DNA of 64,000 nucleotides. It comes from an uncultured delta proteobacterium (GTDB taxonomy: Bacteria > Myxococcota > Myxococcia > Myxococcales > Myxococcaceae). The notes below the pieces were generated by a model, which saw only the letters and a list, made by a program, of their open reading frames with translations, had not been told where the DNA came from and did no database searches. Of this stretch, positions 32,150 to 46,234 are shown piece after piece. Both the position numbers and the translations under genes were made by a program. Numbering within the stretch: the stretch's first letter is position 1; each line of letters opens with the position of its first letter. Location of the stretch: NCBI GenBank assembly GCA_963796055.1, contig CAWCKH010000004.1, forward strand, positions 3,040,001 to 3,104,000. Reading direction: 5' to 3'.

Positions 32150-32884
32150 TCAGTAGAGGTAGACCGCACCAGCGGAGCTCGCGGCGTTGTTGGCCGCGCT
32201 GTTGCTGTTGATTCCCGGAGTCGACCCGTCCTCGCCCTGGGCGCCGACGGCGATGGTCTCTCCGCTAGTGCCGTGCGCGACGGAGACGCCGAACTGGTCG
32301 TACGCGTCCGGGGCCGGGCTCTTGAGGTAGGCGGTCTGGACCCAGGCTCGGGTCGAGTCGGGGACGAAGAGGTACGCCGCGCCGCTGTTGATGCTCCCGG
32401 TGCTCCCCGGGACTCCCGTCACGCCGTTCCGGACGAACACCCGGACCACGCCCTCGTCGCTGGAGTCTCCGAACGCCCCGACGGCGAGAGTGTCTCCATT
32501 GGTGCTCAGGGCGATCGATCGGCCGAACTGAGCGTTGCTGCCGACGGTTGCCGCCTTCACGTAGCCGATCGCGTCACGGCTGGCCGAAGGGGTGAGGCTG
32601 GCGGATGAGGAGCACCCGGCGACGTTGCACGCGTCGACCCTGAAGAGCACCAGACCCCAGTTCAGCTTGTGGACCGAGATCGGCACGTTGACGTTCATCC
32701 GGGTGAGAGCGCCCGGGGGTTGGGGCAGATCGCTTCCGAGCTTGAGGAATCCGCTGCTTCCGGTCGCCAGCGTCGGATTCGGAGGCGCCGGCTGCGCGAG
32801 CGCCGCCGCGCTGGTCAGGAAGAGACCGAGAAACGGTGTGACACATGCGCTCCGACAACGTCGGGCGACGGGGGTGTTCCACAT
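32150..32884 (-). CDS. Secreted FG-GAP (integrin-alpha-like) repeat protein, short
   Basis: Signal peptide ...SAAALA/Q; YVKA..FGRSIALSTNGDTLAVGA; AYLKS..DQFGVSVA..TIAVGA; ends AGAVYLY. Confidence 0.78.
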   Translation of the reverse strand: MWNTPVARRCRSACVTPFLGLFLTSAAALAQPAPPNPTLATGSSGFLKLGSDLPQPPGALTRMNVNVPISVHKLNWGLVLFRVDACNVAGCSSSASLTPSASRDAIGYVKAATVGSNAQFGRSIALSTNGDTLAVGAFGDSSDEGVVRVFVRNGVTGVPGSTGSINSGAAYLFVPDSTRAWVQTAYLKSPAPDAYDQFGVSVAHGTSGETIAVGAQGEDGSTPGINSNSAANNAASSAGAVYLY

Positions 32885-32911
32885 GGGGGCGTGTCCTCCG
32901 AGTCTGAAGCG

Positions 32912-32940
32912 AGGACGGAAACCGCGAAGGAATCCGGACA
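32912..32940 (-). promoter_or_regulatory. Candidate ECF-type promoter, copy 2
   Basis: Minus strand TGTCCGG-ATTCCTTCG-CGGTTTCCGTCCT, 27 nt upstream of ATG 32884. Confidence 0.7.
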
Positions 32941-33006
32941 CGGGACGGTCCGCTCTCCCCGGGCCGCCCTGCACGGTGCTTCAGCGCAGATCGGGGGTGA
33001 GCGTCG

Positions 33007-35892
<2,886 letters not shown>

Positions 35893-35930
35893 CGGGCTCC
35901 CCTTGACGCTGGAGCTTGCGGGTCCGCACT

Positions 35931-36491
35931 CTAGGACTTCAGCGCGGCGGCCAGCCAGAGGCGGGCCTTCTCCCAGTCGCGACGGACGGTCCGGTCGGTG
36001 ACGCCGAGCGCCTCCGCGGTCTCGGGCTCGGAGAGGCCTCCGAAGTAGCGGAGCTCGACCACCTCGGCCATCCGGGCATCCCGGCTGGCCAGCCCCTCCA
36101 GCGCCCGGTGCACGGTGAGGATCTCCTCCGGGCCCTGCGCAGGCATCGCCTCGCTCCCGAGGAGAGGGAGGCTGGGCGCGCCGCCGCCGCGGCGCGCCGC
36201 CCTCCGTTCCCGGGCGAAGTCGACGATGATGGTGCGCATCGCGCGCGCGGCGTAGCGCATGAAGTGGCGCCGGTCCTCGATGTGCAACCGGTGGGTCCGG
36301 GCGAAGCGGAGAAACCACTCGTGGACCAGTGCAGTCGTGTCGAGGAGGGTGTTGCGGCGACCCGAGCCGAGCCGGACGTGGGCGATGTACCGCAGCTCGT
36401 CGTAGGTCGCCCGGAAGAGAGCCTCGGCCGCCGCGGTGTCACCGGCCTGGGCGCGTCCCAGGAGCTCGGTCAATTCCACCCCGTCATCCAT
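35931..36491 (-). CDS. ECF sigma factor, TIGR02999/ECF43-like
   Basis: YDELRYIA, DTTALVHEWFLR, AARAMRTIIVDFAR, RRGG, ELRYFGGL, TVRRDWEKARLWL. Confidence 0.92.
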   Translation of the reverse strand: MDDGVELTELLGRAQAGDTAAAEALFRATYDELRYIAHVRLGSGRRNTLLDTTALVHEWFLRFARTHRLHIEDRRHFMRYAARAMRTIIVDFARERRAARRGGGAPSLPLLGSEAMPAQGPEEILTVHRALEGLASRDARMAEVVELRYFGGLSEPETAEALGVTDRTVRRDWEKARLWLAAALKS

Positions 36492-36646
36492 CCGCCCGCG
36501 CCCCCGAAGACAATCCGGTGGCAATGTACCAGTCCGGTGCTCCAGAGAAACCCCGGGGAGGGTCCGGGACCTGTGCCGACGACGTTCCCGTCGACCAGAG
36601 CGCCTAGCGTCCGCGCGCCATGAGGACGCTCAGCCGATTGGCCGGG

Positions 36647-37062
36647 TCAGCTCCGGGGGGTTCTCGCCACGGCGAGCAACCGCTCCCGGAGTCGCGCGCC
36701 GGCGACATGGAGGAACGCCTCGCGGAGCAGCTTCGCCACCAGCTCCCAGTCGGGCCGGGTGTCGAGCACCACGCCGATCCACCCCGCAGGGCCGACGTAC
36801 GGCGGACGAAAGCAGCGTGCCGGGTCGAGGGCCACCAGCGACTCCTGGACCCCCGGAGGCACCGGCAGCCACACCGAGAGGTGCTTCGCGCCGTGGTGGT
36901 GGTTGTCGAGCATGGCGAAGACCTTGCCCTTGCCCGCGAACCAGGTGGGTTCTCCGTGGGAGCGCTTCTCCAGCGCGTCGGGGAACGCGAGGCACAACGC
37001 CCGGAGCCTGGCCACTGCCGCCGCGTCGCGCCGCGCGACCGGACGCACCGGATGCCCGGCTG

Positions 37063-37066
<4 letters not shown>
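36647..37066 (-). CDS. MmcQ/YjbR family DNA-binding protein
   Basis: LRALCLAFP..SHGEPTWF..KVFAM..FRPPYVGPAGWIGV; GTG overlaps the speA stop. Confidence 0.85.
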
Positions 37067-39054
<1,988 letters not shown>

Positions 39055-39116
39055 CGTGAAGTCAGGACCTCCGGGGGGCGGCCCCCGTCTTGCATTCCTT
39101 CACGGGGAGTCCGCGC

Positions 39117-39144
39117 ACAATAGAGAAACACACGGGCCCGTCAA
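39117..39144 (-). promoter_or_regulatory. Putative sigma70 promoter for speA
   Basis: Minus strand TTGACG-16 nt-TATTGT, ~60 nt upstream of the ATG. Confidence 0.45.
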
Positions 39145-39183
39145 CTCCGCTCCCAGGGGAACGGGGAAACATGGATGTGACGC

Positions 39184-39651
39184 TCAGCTCTCCCGGATCG
39201 CCTCGAGCACCTGGTCCACGTGCCCGTCCACCTTCACCTTGGGCCACACCCGGGCCACCTTCCCCGAGCCGTCGATGAGGAAGGTGGAGCGGGTGATGCC
39301 CATGAACTTCCGCCCGTAGAGCGACTTCTCGCCCCACGCTCCGTACTTCTCGGAGACCGAGTGATCGGCGTCGGCGAGGAGGGGAAAGGGAAGCTTGTAC
39401 TTCCCTGCAAACTTCGCGTGGCTCGCCTCCGAGTCCGGGCTGATGCCCAGCACCACCGCCCCCGCCTTCAGCAGCGCCGAGTGCTCGTCCCGGAAGGCGC
39501 ACGCCTCCCGGGTACAGCCCGGGGTGTCGTCCTTCGGGTAGAAGTACAGGACGACCTTCTTGCCCTTGAAGTCGGAGAGCTTCACCGTCTTCCCGGACTG
39601 GTCCTCGAGGCTGAACGCGGGGGCCTTGTCGCCGACGTCGGGCATCGCCAT
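39184..39651 (-). CDS. bcp: Peroxiredoxin Bcp/PrxQ
   Basis: [23 protein letters not shown]. Confidence 0.96.
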   Translation of the reverse strand: MAMPDVGDKAPAFSLEDQSGKTVKLSDFKGKKVVLYFYPKDDTPGCTREACAFRDEHSALLKAGAVVLGISPDSEASHAKFAGKYKLPFPLLADADHSVSEKYGAWGEKSLYGRKFMGITRSTFLIDGSGKVARVWPKVKVDGHVDQVLEAIRES

Positions 39652-39658
39652 GGGGCGC

Positions 39659-40459
39659 TCACTTAACCCGCGGTGGCCGGGGGGCAACCGGATTCGTGGG
39701 GCCGCGCTGTTGCACCTGCTCCACCACCTCCCGGAGCCTGGCCAGCTGCGCCAGCGCCTCCGGGTCCTCCAGCAACCGGTGGACCGACGTGTTCCGCAGA
39801 AGCGCCACCGTGTCCCCGTCGTCCAGGGCCTTCTTCACCTCGGGGTCGGCGAATACCGCCCGAAAGTGGGCGTTCCTCTGCAGCGCGCCCACCGCCGGGT
39901 TCTCCGCCACCTGCTGGAACAGCTCCGGGGAGCGGAAGACTTGTTGCGCCGCCGCCAGGTCCGCCGCCCTGGAGAAGAAGGGCGCCGAGAACAGGTTCCA
40001 CCGCCGGGCGATGGCGAAGGCGGTCGAGTCCTTCGGCGACAGCCCGAGCCCCTTGCCGGCGACCTGGACGTTTGCCTCCACGAAGGCCAGCGCCGACAGC
40101 GCCACCCAGGCCACCGCGACCACCTTGCTGCCGCCCAGGAGCGCGCCCAGGGCCCGGTCGGTCCCCCGCTCGGCCGGGTCGCTCCCCCCCAGCACCCCCT
40201 GGAGCAGCAGGGTGCCCACCAGCCGCACCACCACCGCGACCACGATGAAGGTGGCGAAGCTCGCCGCGACCGAGCCCAGGGCCTCCGAGGTGTGGAAGAA
40301 CCTTCCAAACGTCGCGCCGAGCAGCGCGCCTCCCGGGCGGGCGGCGAGGGCGGCCAGGACCAGAGCGCCCCAGCTGGCGAGCTGGCGGGAGGCGCCGGCC
40401 CGGGCGCCGAACACCGCCCCCACCGCCACCAGCGCGAGCACCACCAGGTCGACGGTCAT
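39659..40459 (-). CDS. CvpA family membrane protein
   Basis: [13 protein letters not shown]..; [12 protein letters not shown] 40459 overlaps the upstream stop. Confidence 0.85.
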   Translation of the reverse strand: MTVDLVVLALVAVGAVFGARAGASRQLASWGALVLAALAARPGGALLGATFGRFFHTSEALGSVAASFATFIVVAVVVRLVGTLLLQGVLGGSDPAERGTDRALGALLGGSKVVAVAWVALSALAFVEANVQVAGKGLGLSPKDSTAFAIARRWNLFSAPFFSRAADLAAAQQVFRSPELFQQVAENPAVGALQRNAHFRAVFADPEVKKALDDGDTVALLRNTSVHRLLEDPEALAQLARLREVVEQVQQRGPTNPVAPRPPRVK

Positions 40460-41856
40460 GTGATCTTGAAGGTCTCGCTCCGGTGTTGCTCGTACAGCTG
40501 GTTCTGCACCAGGGTGAGCTTTTCCTTGTAGAGGGCGTTCTCTCGCTCGTAGGTGAGCGCCATCTTGAGGTCGCGTTCGGCAGCGACGAGGTTGCCCTTC
40601 TCCAGCTCGGCCATCGCGGTCTGGAATAGCTGCCGCGCCCTGGGGTTGATGCCGATCTGCTCGGCGGCCTGCTGCTTCACCGCCGCCTTCGTCTCCTGCT
40701 CGGCCAGCTCGTCGAACCGCAGCTTCCGGGCGCGGTCCGGACCGCTGACGTCGGCCAGGTACTTGCGCCGGCGCACGTCGTCGCGCAGCACGTAGTACGC
40801 CTCGGTGACCCGCTTGTAGACCTCGTGGACCTGCGTCTTGAACGCCTCGTCGGTGAGGTGGAAGAAGCGGTCCGGGTGGTAGGCGCGGCTCTCCCGGTAG
40901 AAGGCCCGCTTCACCTCGGGCGCGCTCGCGGTGGTGGGCACGCCGAGCAGCTCGAAGTAGTCCAGGGCGTCCAGCCGCTCGGCCTTCCATGCCAGCCGGG
41001 CCTCGGGGTCCGCCGGCGCCGCAGGAGCGCGGGAGACCGGGGCCACGGGTGGAACCAGCGGCGCGACCCGGACGTCGAGCGGAGGCAGTGGCCCGGCCTC
41101 CACCGGCGGCAGCGGAGGCATCACCGGGATGCCGAGGCTCGTCTCGCTCATCGGATCCCGGGTCGGCCGGCGCGGGACGCGGGGAGCCTGGGCAGCCGGC
41201 TGGGCGCGGGCCGCCGCCTCCGTCACCGGGGCGAGCGGGGGTATGAGCGGTGCGATCCGCACGCCCAGCGAGGGAAGGGGCGGGTTCGCGGGCGCGTTGG
41301 GCGCAGGCCGGAACACCCGCGCCGGTACCACCCCTGGCTGAGGCGGCGGACCACCAGCCCGCGCCTGCTCGGTGAGGAACTCACCGGTGGGCGAGCCGAG
41401 CGGGGCGGCGCGCGGCGCTGGAGCCGCGGGCTGCTCGCGCGTGGGAGGGCGTGGTGCCGCCGAAGCCGGGGCGGCTCCGGCCGCTGCCCGCCGAGCGCCC
41501 GGAAGCGAGGCGCCGGTCGGGCTCCGGGCCGGCGCACCGCCACCCGGGGTCGGCACCCGTGGGCTCTGGGAGGCCGGGCGCGTCCTCGGAGGCACTGGGG
41601 ACGTCGGCCCGGGAGCGGGGCTGGCCCCGGGGGGCAGCGCATGCACCGGCGCGACGGGCGGCGGGGTGGAGGGAAAGGGCGCGTCGAGGACCGGTACCCC
41701 CGGGGCCTCCGTCCGGAACGAGCCGGTGGTCTCGAACGCAGCGTCCTCCACCTCGGCCGGCTCCACCGGGGCCAGGGGCTGGGTGGTGGTCGGACGCAGC
41801 GGCCCGCCCGGGGTCACCGGGGGAACGGAGCCCGGCTTGTCGGAGGGGTCACTCAC
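40456..41856 (-). CDS. J-domain protein with long Pro/Ala-rich N-terminus and C-terminal TPR-like helices
   Basis: DYFELLGV..VKRAFYRESRAYHPDRF..VTEAYYVL; start uncertain (GTG 41856). Confidence 0.85.
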   Translation of the reverse strand: MSDPSDKPGSVPPVTPGGPLRPTTTQPLAPVEPAEVEDAAFETTGSFRTEAPGVPVLDAPFPSTPPPVAPVHALPPGASPAPGPTSPVPPRTRPASQSPRVPTPGGGAPARSPTGASLPGARRAAAGAAPASAAPRPPTREQPAAPAPRAAPLGSPTGEFLTEQARAGGPPPQPGVVPARVFRPAPNAPANPPLPSLGVRIAPLIPPLAPVTEAAARAQPAAQAPRVPRRPTRDPMSETSLGIPVMPPLPPVEAGPLPPLDVRVAPLVPPVAPVSRAPAAPADPEARLAWKAERLDALDYFELLGVPTTASAPEVKRAFYRESRAYHPDRFFHLTDEAFKTQVHEVYKRVTEAYYVLRDDVRRRKYLADVSGPDRARKLRFDELAEQETKAAVKQQAAEQIGINPRARQLFQTAMAELEKGNLVAAERDLKMALTYERENALYKEKLTLVQNQLYEQHRSETFKIT

Positions 41857-41866
41857 GGACGCTCGC

Positions 41867-43513
41867 TCATCCCTCCAGGGAGCTCGGCAGCTCGGGCAGG
41901 ACGTCGCGCGAGGTGCCGGGCGGGATCGGGTGCACCATGCCGCGGGCCAGCCGCGTCTGGCGGTTCAGCTGGATGGACCGCTGGATGTCGGTCTCGCTCA
42001 GGCCCGAGGAGAGGGAGATGGTGGTGGACGTCTTCTGGCCGGTCTCGACGTCGGCGGCCGAGACGTTCACGATGCCGTCGGTGTTGATCTCGAAGGTGAC
42101 CTCGATCTTCACCTCGCCGCGGTAGCCCACCCGGAAGCCGGCGAACTCGAACTCCCCCAGCATCTCGCACTCGTCCGCCCGGTTCGACTCGCCCTGGTAG
42201 ACGCGGATCTTCACCCGCTCCTGCCCATCCCGGCTGGTGGTGAAGGTCTTGCTCCGGTCGATGGGCACCGGGGTGTTCTTCTCGATGATCCGCTCGGTGA
42301 AGCCGCCCACCGTGCCGATGCGGAGGGTGAGCGGGGTGACGTCGACCAGGAAGGTCTCGGTCTTGGCGTCCATCAGGGCGTGGGCCTGGAGCGCCGCGCC
42401 CATCGCCACCACCTGGTCCGGGTTGATGCCCTCCAGGGGCTCCTTCTGGAAGTAGTGGCGGACCGAGCTCTGGACGATGGGCAGCCGGGTCGGCCCGCCC
42501 ACCAGGATGACCGCGTCCACGTTCGCCGCGGTGAGCCGCGCGCTCTGCAGCGCCTCGTCGCAGACCTTGAAGGTGCGCTGGACCAGATCCATCACCATCC
42601 GGTTGAACTGGTCGGCGCTGAGCGTCGCCTGGAGGTCCATCACGTGCCCGGAGGCGTCCTGGCAGATGTGCTGGCAGAGGATCTCCGCGGTGCCGTTCTG
42701 CCCCACGTCGATCTTCGCCTGCTCCGCGGCCTCCTTCAGCATCTGCAGGCAGTACTTGGACTGGCGGAGATCGAGCCGGGTGCGGGCGAGGAAGTCGTCC
42801 GCGAGCCAGGTCATGATCCGGTCGTCGAAGTCGTCGCCGCCCAGGTAGGTGTCGCCGGCGGTGGAGAGCACCTCGAACACGTCCTTGCCGATTTCCAGGA
42901 TCGAGACGTCGAAGGTGCCGCCGCCCAGGTCGTAGATCGCCACCCGCTGGTTGACGTCGCGCCCGAAGCCGTAGGCCAGTGCCGCGGCCGTGGGCTCGTT
43001 CAGGATGCGCAGCACGTTGAGGCCGGCGATGCGCCCCGCGTCCTTGGTCGCCTGGCGCTGGTTGTCGTTGAAGTACGCCGGGACGGTGATGACTGCCTTG
43101 CTGACCGGCCGGCCGAGGTACTGCTCGGCGATGGCCTTCATCTCCTTGAGCACCAGGGCGGAGATCTCGGGCAGGGAATAGAGCTGGTCGCGCACCTGGA
43201 TGCGCACCGAGTTGTTCTCGCCCTCGACGATGCGGTACGGCATGACCGCCATCGCCTTCTTCACCTCGTCGGAGAAGAAGTAGCGGCCGATCAAGCGCTT
43301 GGCCGAGTACACGGTGCTCTCGGCGCGGGTGATGATGTTGCGCTTGGCGGTGTTGCCCACCAGCACCGTCCCGTCCTCGAGGAACGAGACCACCGAGGCA
43401 TGGTTGACCTCTCCCCACTCGTTGGGGAGGACCACCGGCTCACCGTTCTCGACAATGGACACGCAGGAATACGACGTCCCGAGGTCGATGCCGATCGCGA
43501 TGTCATCCGCCAT
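41867..43513 (-). CDS. Hsp70/DnaK paralogue with truncated lid
   Basis: [43 protein letters not shown]; 548 aa. Confidence 0.95.
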   Translation of the reverse strand: MADDIAIGIDLGTSYSCVSIVENGEPVVLPNEWGEVNHASVVSFLEDGTVLVGNTAKRNIITRAESTVYSAKRLIGRYFFSDEVKKAMAVMPYRIVEGENNSVRIQVRDQLYSLPEISALVLKEMKAIAEQYLGRPVSKAVITVPAYFNDNQRQATKDAGRIAGLNVLRILNEPTAAALAYGFGRDVNQRVAIYDLGGGTFDVSILEIGKDVFEVLSTAGDTYLGGDDFDDRIMTWLADDFLARTRLDLRQSKYCLQMLKEAAEQAKIDVGQNGTAEILCQHICQDASGHVMDLQATLSADQFNRMVMDLVQRTFKVCDEALQSARLTAANVDAVILVGGPTRLPIVQSSVRHYFQKEPLEGINPDQVVAMGAALQAHALMDAKTETFLVDVTPLTLRIGTVGGFTERIIEKNTPVPIDRSKTFTTSRDGQERVKIRVYQGESNRADECEMLGEFEFAGFRVGYRGEVKIEVTFEINTDGIVNVSAADVETGQKTSTTISLSSGLSETDIQRSIQLNRQTRLARGMVHPIPPGTSRDVLPELPSSLEG

Positions 43514-43640
43514 GCACTCTCCTGTTCCAGGCCTGACGCGAGGCCGGGCATCGGGCGCACGGGCGGGCAGCCACCCGTGGCCCCCCGGTTCGCGGCGGAC
43601 TCGGATGTTACCTTCTATGCTGGAGGCACGACGGAACCAG

Positions 43641-44465
43641 ATGGGCGGAAGCTTCGGTATTCTCACCTCGCACCCGGACCTCCTCGGGTGCCAGCTCCTC
43701 CGGCTCGACGCACAGGTCCAGCTGGGCAACAGCACACACTCGACCACCCTGGTGGGGCTCGGCGCCGTGTCCGCGGGCGAGACCCTCCTGCGCCGCTGGG
43801 CGGCCCGGGTGGCCCCGCGCTCGCTCGCCGATCCGGAGCTCGCCGCTCCGGCCTCGGCGCTGCTCCTCCGCGGGCAGACGTTCGGACCGGGGGCCTCGCT
43901 CGACGAGGACGTCCAGCCGCTCCGGCACGGCAGCTGGATCTTCTCTTGCGAGGGGGAGCTGGAGGCCTTCCCCCGCGTTCAGGCCTGGCTCGATGCGGAG
44001 CTGCCGCCGCACCTGGTCCGCGCGGTGGGGACGCGCACCGTGGCCGCGGCGAGCTTCGCCCTCTTCCTCGGGGGGCTGCCTCCGGCGGACCAGAACCGAC
44101 CGCTCGCGGCGCGAGACGGCGCGCGGATGCTGGGGCAGGTGGCCCGGGTCCTCGCCCACCGCTCGGCCGCGGAGGGGGCCGCGCGCGCCGCCCGTCTGCT
44201 GATGATGGCCACCGACGGAAGGGTGCTGCTCGCGGCTCGCACCGGCGACCTGCCGGCGCAGATGCGCCTGCTGGAGGGCGAGGGCCGGTGCCGGCGGTGC
44301 GGAGTGGACGAGCACTCCAAGTCGCGGGCCCTGGTCCGGGCCCACCTCCGCTCCCGCTCGGTGGCCGTCACCTCCGTCCCCCTCGGGCCAGGGGCGCACT
44401 GGCTGCCGATCCCGGACGGCGGAGCGCTCGGGGTGGGGCCGAGCCTCGAGCCAGAGCTGCTCTGA
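43641..44465 (+). CDS. Class II glutamine amidotransferase-like (YafJ/EgtC-like) protein, degenerate
   Basis: [17 protein letters not shown] (cf. NTHPF..WxFxHNG), [29 protein letters not shown]; no Cys at position 2. Confidence 0.65.
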   Translation: MGGSFGILTSHPDLLGCQLLRLDAQVQLGNSTHSTTLVGLGAVSAGETLLRRWAARVAPRSLADPELAAPASALLLRGQTFGPGASLDEDVQPLRHGSWIFSCEGELEAFPRVQAWLDAELPPHLVRAVGTRTVAAASFALFLGGLPPADQNRPLAARDGARMLGQVARVLAHRSAAEGAARAARLLMMATDGRVLLAARTGDLPAQMRLLEGEGRCRRCGVDEHSKSRALVRAHLRSRSVAVTSVPLGPGAHWLPIPDGGALGVGPSLEPELL

Positions 44466-44466
44466 C

Positions 44467-45162
44467 CTACCGGACCTCCCACAGGGGGCTGACCGAGGCA
44501 GCCACCACCTTCGACAGGATGTTGCACGCGGCGTGGAACAGGGTGCTGCCCACCACGGTCCCGGTGCGCTCCCGCAGCCAGCCGAAGAGCAACGCGGGGA
44601 AGAACACCGCCAGCCGGGACGCCTGGAAGATGGCGAGGTGCCCCACGGCGAAGAGCGCGGCGGTGAGGAGGAAGGCCGGACCCACCACCACCCCCGCGAC
44701 GCGCGCGCCGCCCGGCCACACGCGCTTCAGCCGCGCCTGCAGCCAGCCCCGGTAGAAGAACTCCTCGGGCAGCGCGGTCACGAAGACCTCGTCCACCACG
44801 TTGGTCCACCCGTAGCCCGGTGGCAGCCGGGGGCGAAAGGCGAGCCCCGGGGGGGGCCCCCCGGGCGCGCGGGCCAGCAGATGACCGAGCCACGCCTCGT
44901 ACCCGAGCACGAAGAGCGGGGCGACCACCGCGAACAGGCCGAGCGCGAGAAAGAGGTCAGTGCGCCAGCGGGCCAGGGTGACCCCGTAGTCGCGCGCGTC
45001 CTCCCCCGTCCCACGCATCGCCGCCAGCGGGAGGTAGAGGAAGGCCACCACCGCCGTCACCTTGGCCCAGGGCGGTGGCGCGAGCAGCGAGACCACCACG
45101 ATGGCCGCGAAGGCGACCGCCCAAAGCAGCAGCGCCTGCCGGAGGACGCGCTCCGGGCTCAC
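44467..45162 (-). CDS. CPBP family glutamic-type intramembrane protease, myxosortase-like
   Basis: ALPEEFFYRGWLQ, LFAVGH, RLAVFFPALLFGWLRERTG, FHAACN. Confidence 0.88.
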   Translation of the reverse strand: MSPERVLRQALLLWAVAFAAIVVVSLLAPPPWAKVTAVVAFLYLPLAAMRGTGEDARDYGVTLARWRTDLFLALGLFAVVAPLFVLGYEAWLGHLLARAPGGPPPGLAFRPRLPPGYGWTNVVDEVFVTALPEEFFYRGWLQARLKRVWPGGARVAGVVVGPAFLLTAALFAVGHLAIFQASRLAVFFPALLFGWLRERTGTVVGSTLFHAACNILSKVVAASVSPLWEVR

Positions 45163-45737
45163 GGCGCACGCCCCAGCTGGGCCCGCACCGAGGAGAGCGC
45201 CGCCACCCGCGAGGAGGAGGCCCGGCGGGCGGTGACCACCCCCACCAGCCGCGCCTGAGGGTCCAGCACCGGGCTCCCCGGCGGCAGCCGCAGCGAGACC
45301 TCGAACCAGGCCCCGCCGCCCGCACCGCGCCTCACCTTCCCCAGCTGCGGCGACTTCCCGTCCTCGCCGATGCCCACCACCCACTCTCCGGGAAGGAGCG
45401 GTTCGAACCGGGCCGCCGGGGCCGGGAAGGGCCCCTCACCGTCGATGGCCAGCAGCACCAGGCCGAGCGAACTCAGCCGCTCCACCACCCGGGCCGTTCG
45501 CCGCGATTCGCCGAGCTCCACCAGCGCCGCCGTGCCGTGCACCAGGGCCTGCAGCGTGAGGACCTGTCCCTCGGCTCCCACCAGCACCCCGGGGCCGGTG
45601 CCGCTTCCCAGCACCCGGACCCACGCCCGCCCACCGGTCTCCGCGGCGCGGCGGAGCGCGCTCGAGGACGGGGGCGGCGACGCGGCCAACTCGCCGAAGG
45701 CGAGTGCCGTGAGCACGGCGACCAGCGGCGGGCTCAA
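45159..45737 (-). CDS. Exported trypsin-like fold protein, catalytic residues apparently lost
   Basis: GPGVLVGAEGQVLT, GEWVVGIG, PGSPVLDPQARLVGV; TTG start overlaps the FHA gene stop. Confidence 0.7.
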   Translation of the reverse strand: MSPPLVAVLTALAFGELAASPPPSSSALRRAAETGGRAWVRVLGSGTGPGVLVGAEGQVLTLQALVHGTAALVELGESRRTARVVERLSSLGLVLLAIDGEGPFPAPAARFEPLLPGEWVVGIGEDGKSPQLGKVRRGAGGGAWFEVSLRLPPGSPVLDPQARLVGVVTARRASSSRVAALSSVRAQLGRAP

Positions 45738-46234
45738 TGCCGCAGCGCCTCGGCTTCCAGCCGGCGCCACACGCCCGACGAGGAGGCGAAGGTGAACAGC
45801 ACCTGCGCGGTCTGCAGCCGCGCTCCGTCGGACAGCCGGTGGGGGATGGCCTTCTCCATGCGCACCCCGTCCAGCCAGGTGCCGTTGGTGGACCCGGTGT
45901 CCTCCACCGTCCACGCATCGTCCGCTTGCCGGAAGACGAGGTGGACCTGGCTGACCGTCCCCTCCTCGATCACCAGGTCACAGGAAGGGCTCCGGCCGAG
46001 GGTGACCTGCGTGGCGTCGCGCACCACCGGCTCGAGCGCGATGGCCAGCGCCGAGCCCTCCAGGGGCGCGGCGACCGCGGCCGGCATGAGCAGGGTCTGG
46101 TTCCCGTCCGGGTGCGTGGCGTGCCAGGCGGTCGGCTCGCGCAGCAGCCACGGGTGCGGGTGGGCGCGGGCGAAGGCCGCCTCGTCGCGCAGGTCCAGCT
46201 CGGGCAGCAAGGTGGAGAGGAGGAAGCTCTTCAT
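45734..46234 (-). CDS. FHA domain protein
   Basis: TLGRSPSCDL, TVSQVH, DTGSTNGTW. Confidence 0.92.
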   Translation of the reverse strand: MKSFLLSTLLPELDLRDEAAFARAHPHPWLLREPTAWHATHPDGNQTLLMPAAVAAPLEGSALAIALEPVVRDATQVTLGRSPSCDLVIEEGTVSQVHLVFRQADDAWTVEDTGSTNGTWLDGVRMEKAIPHRLSDGARLQTAQVLFTFASSSGVWRRLEAEALRH

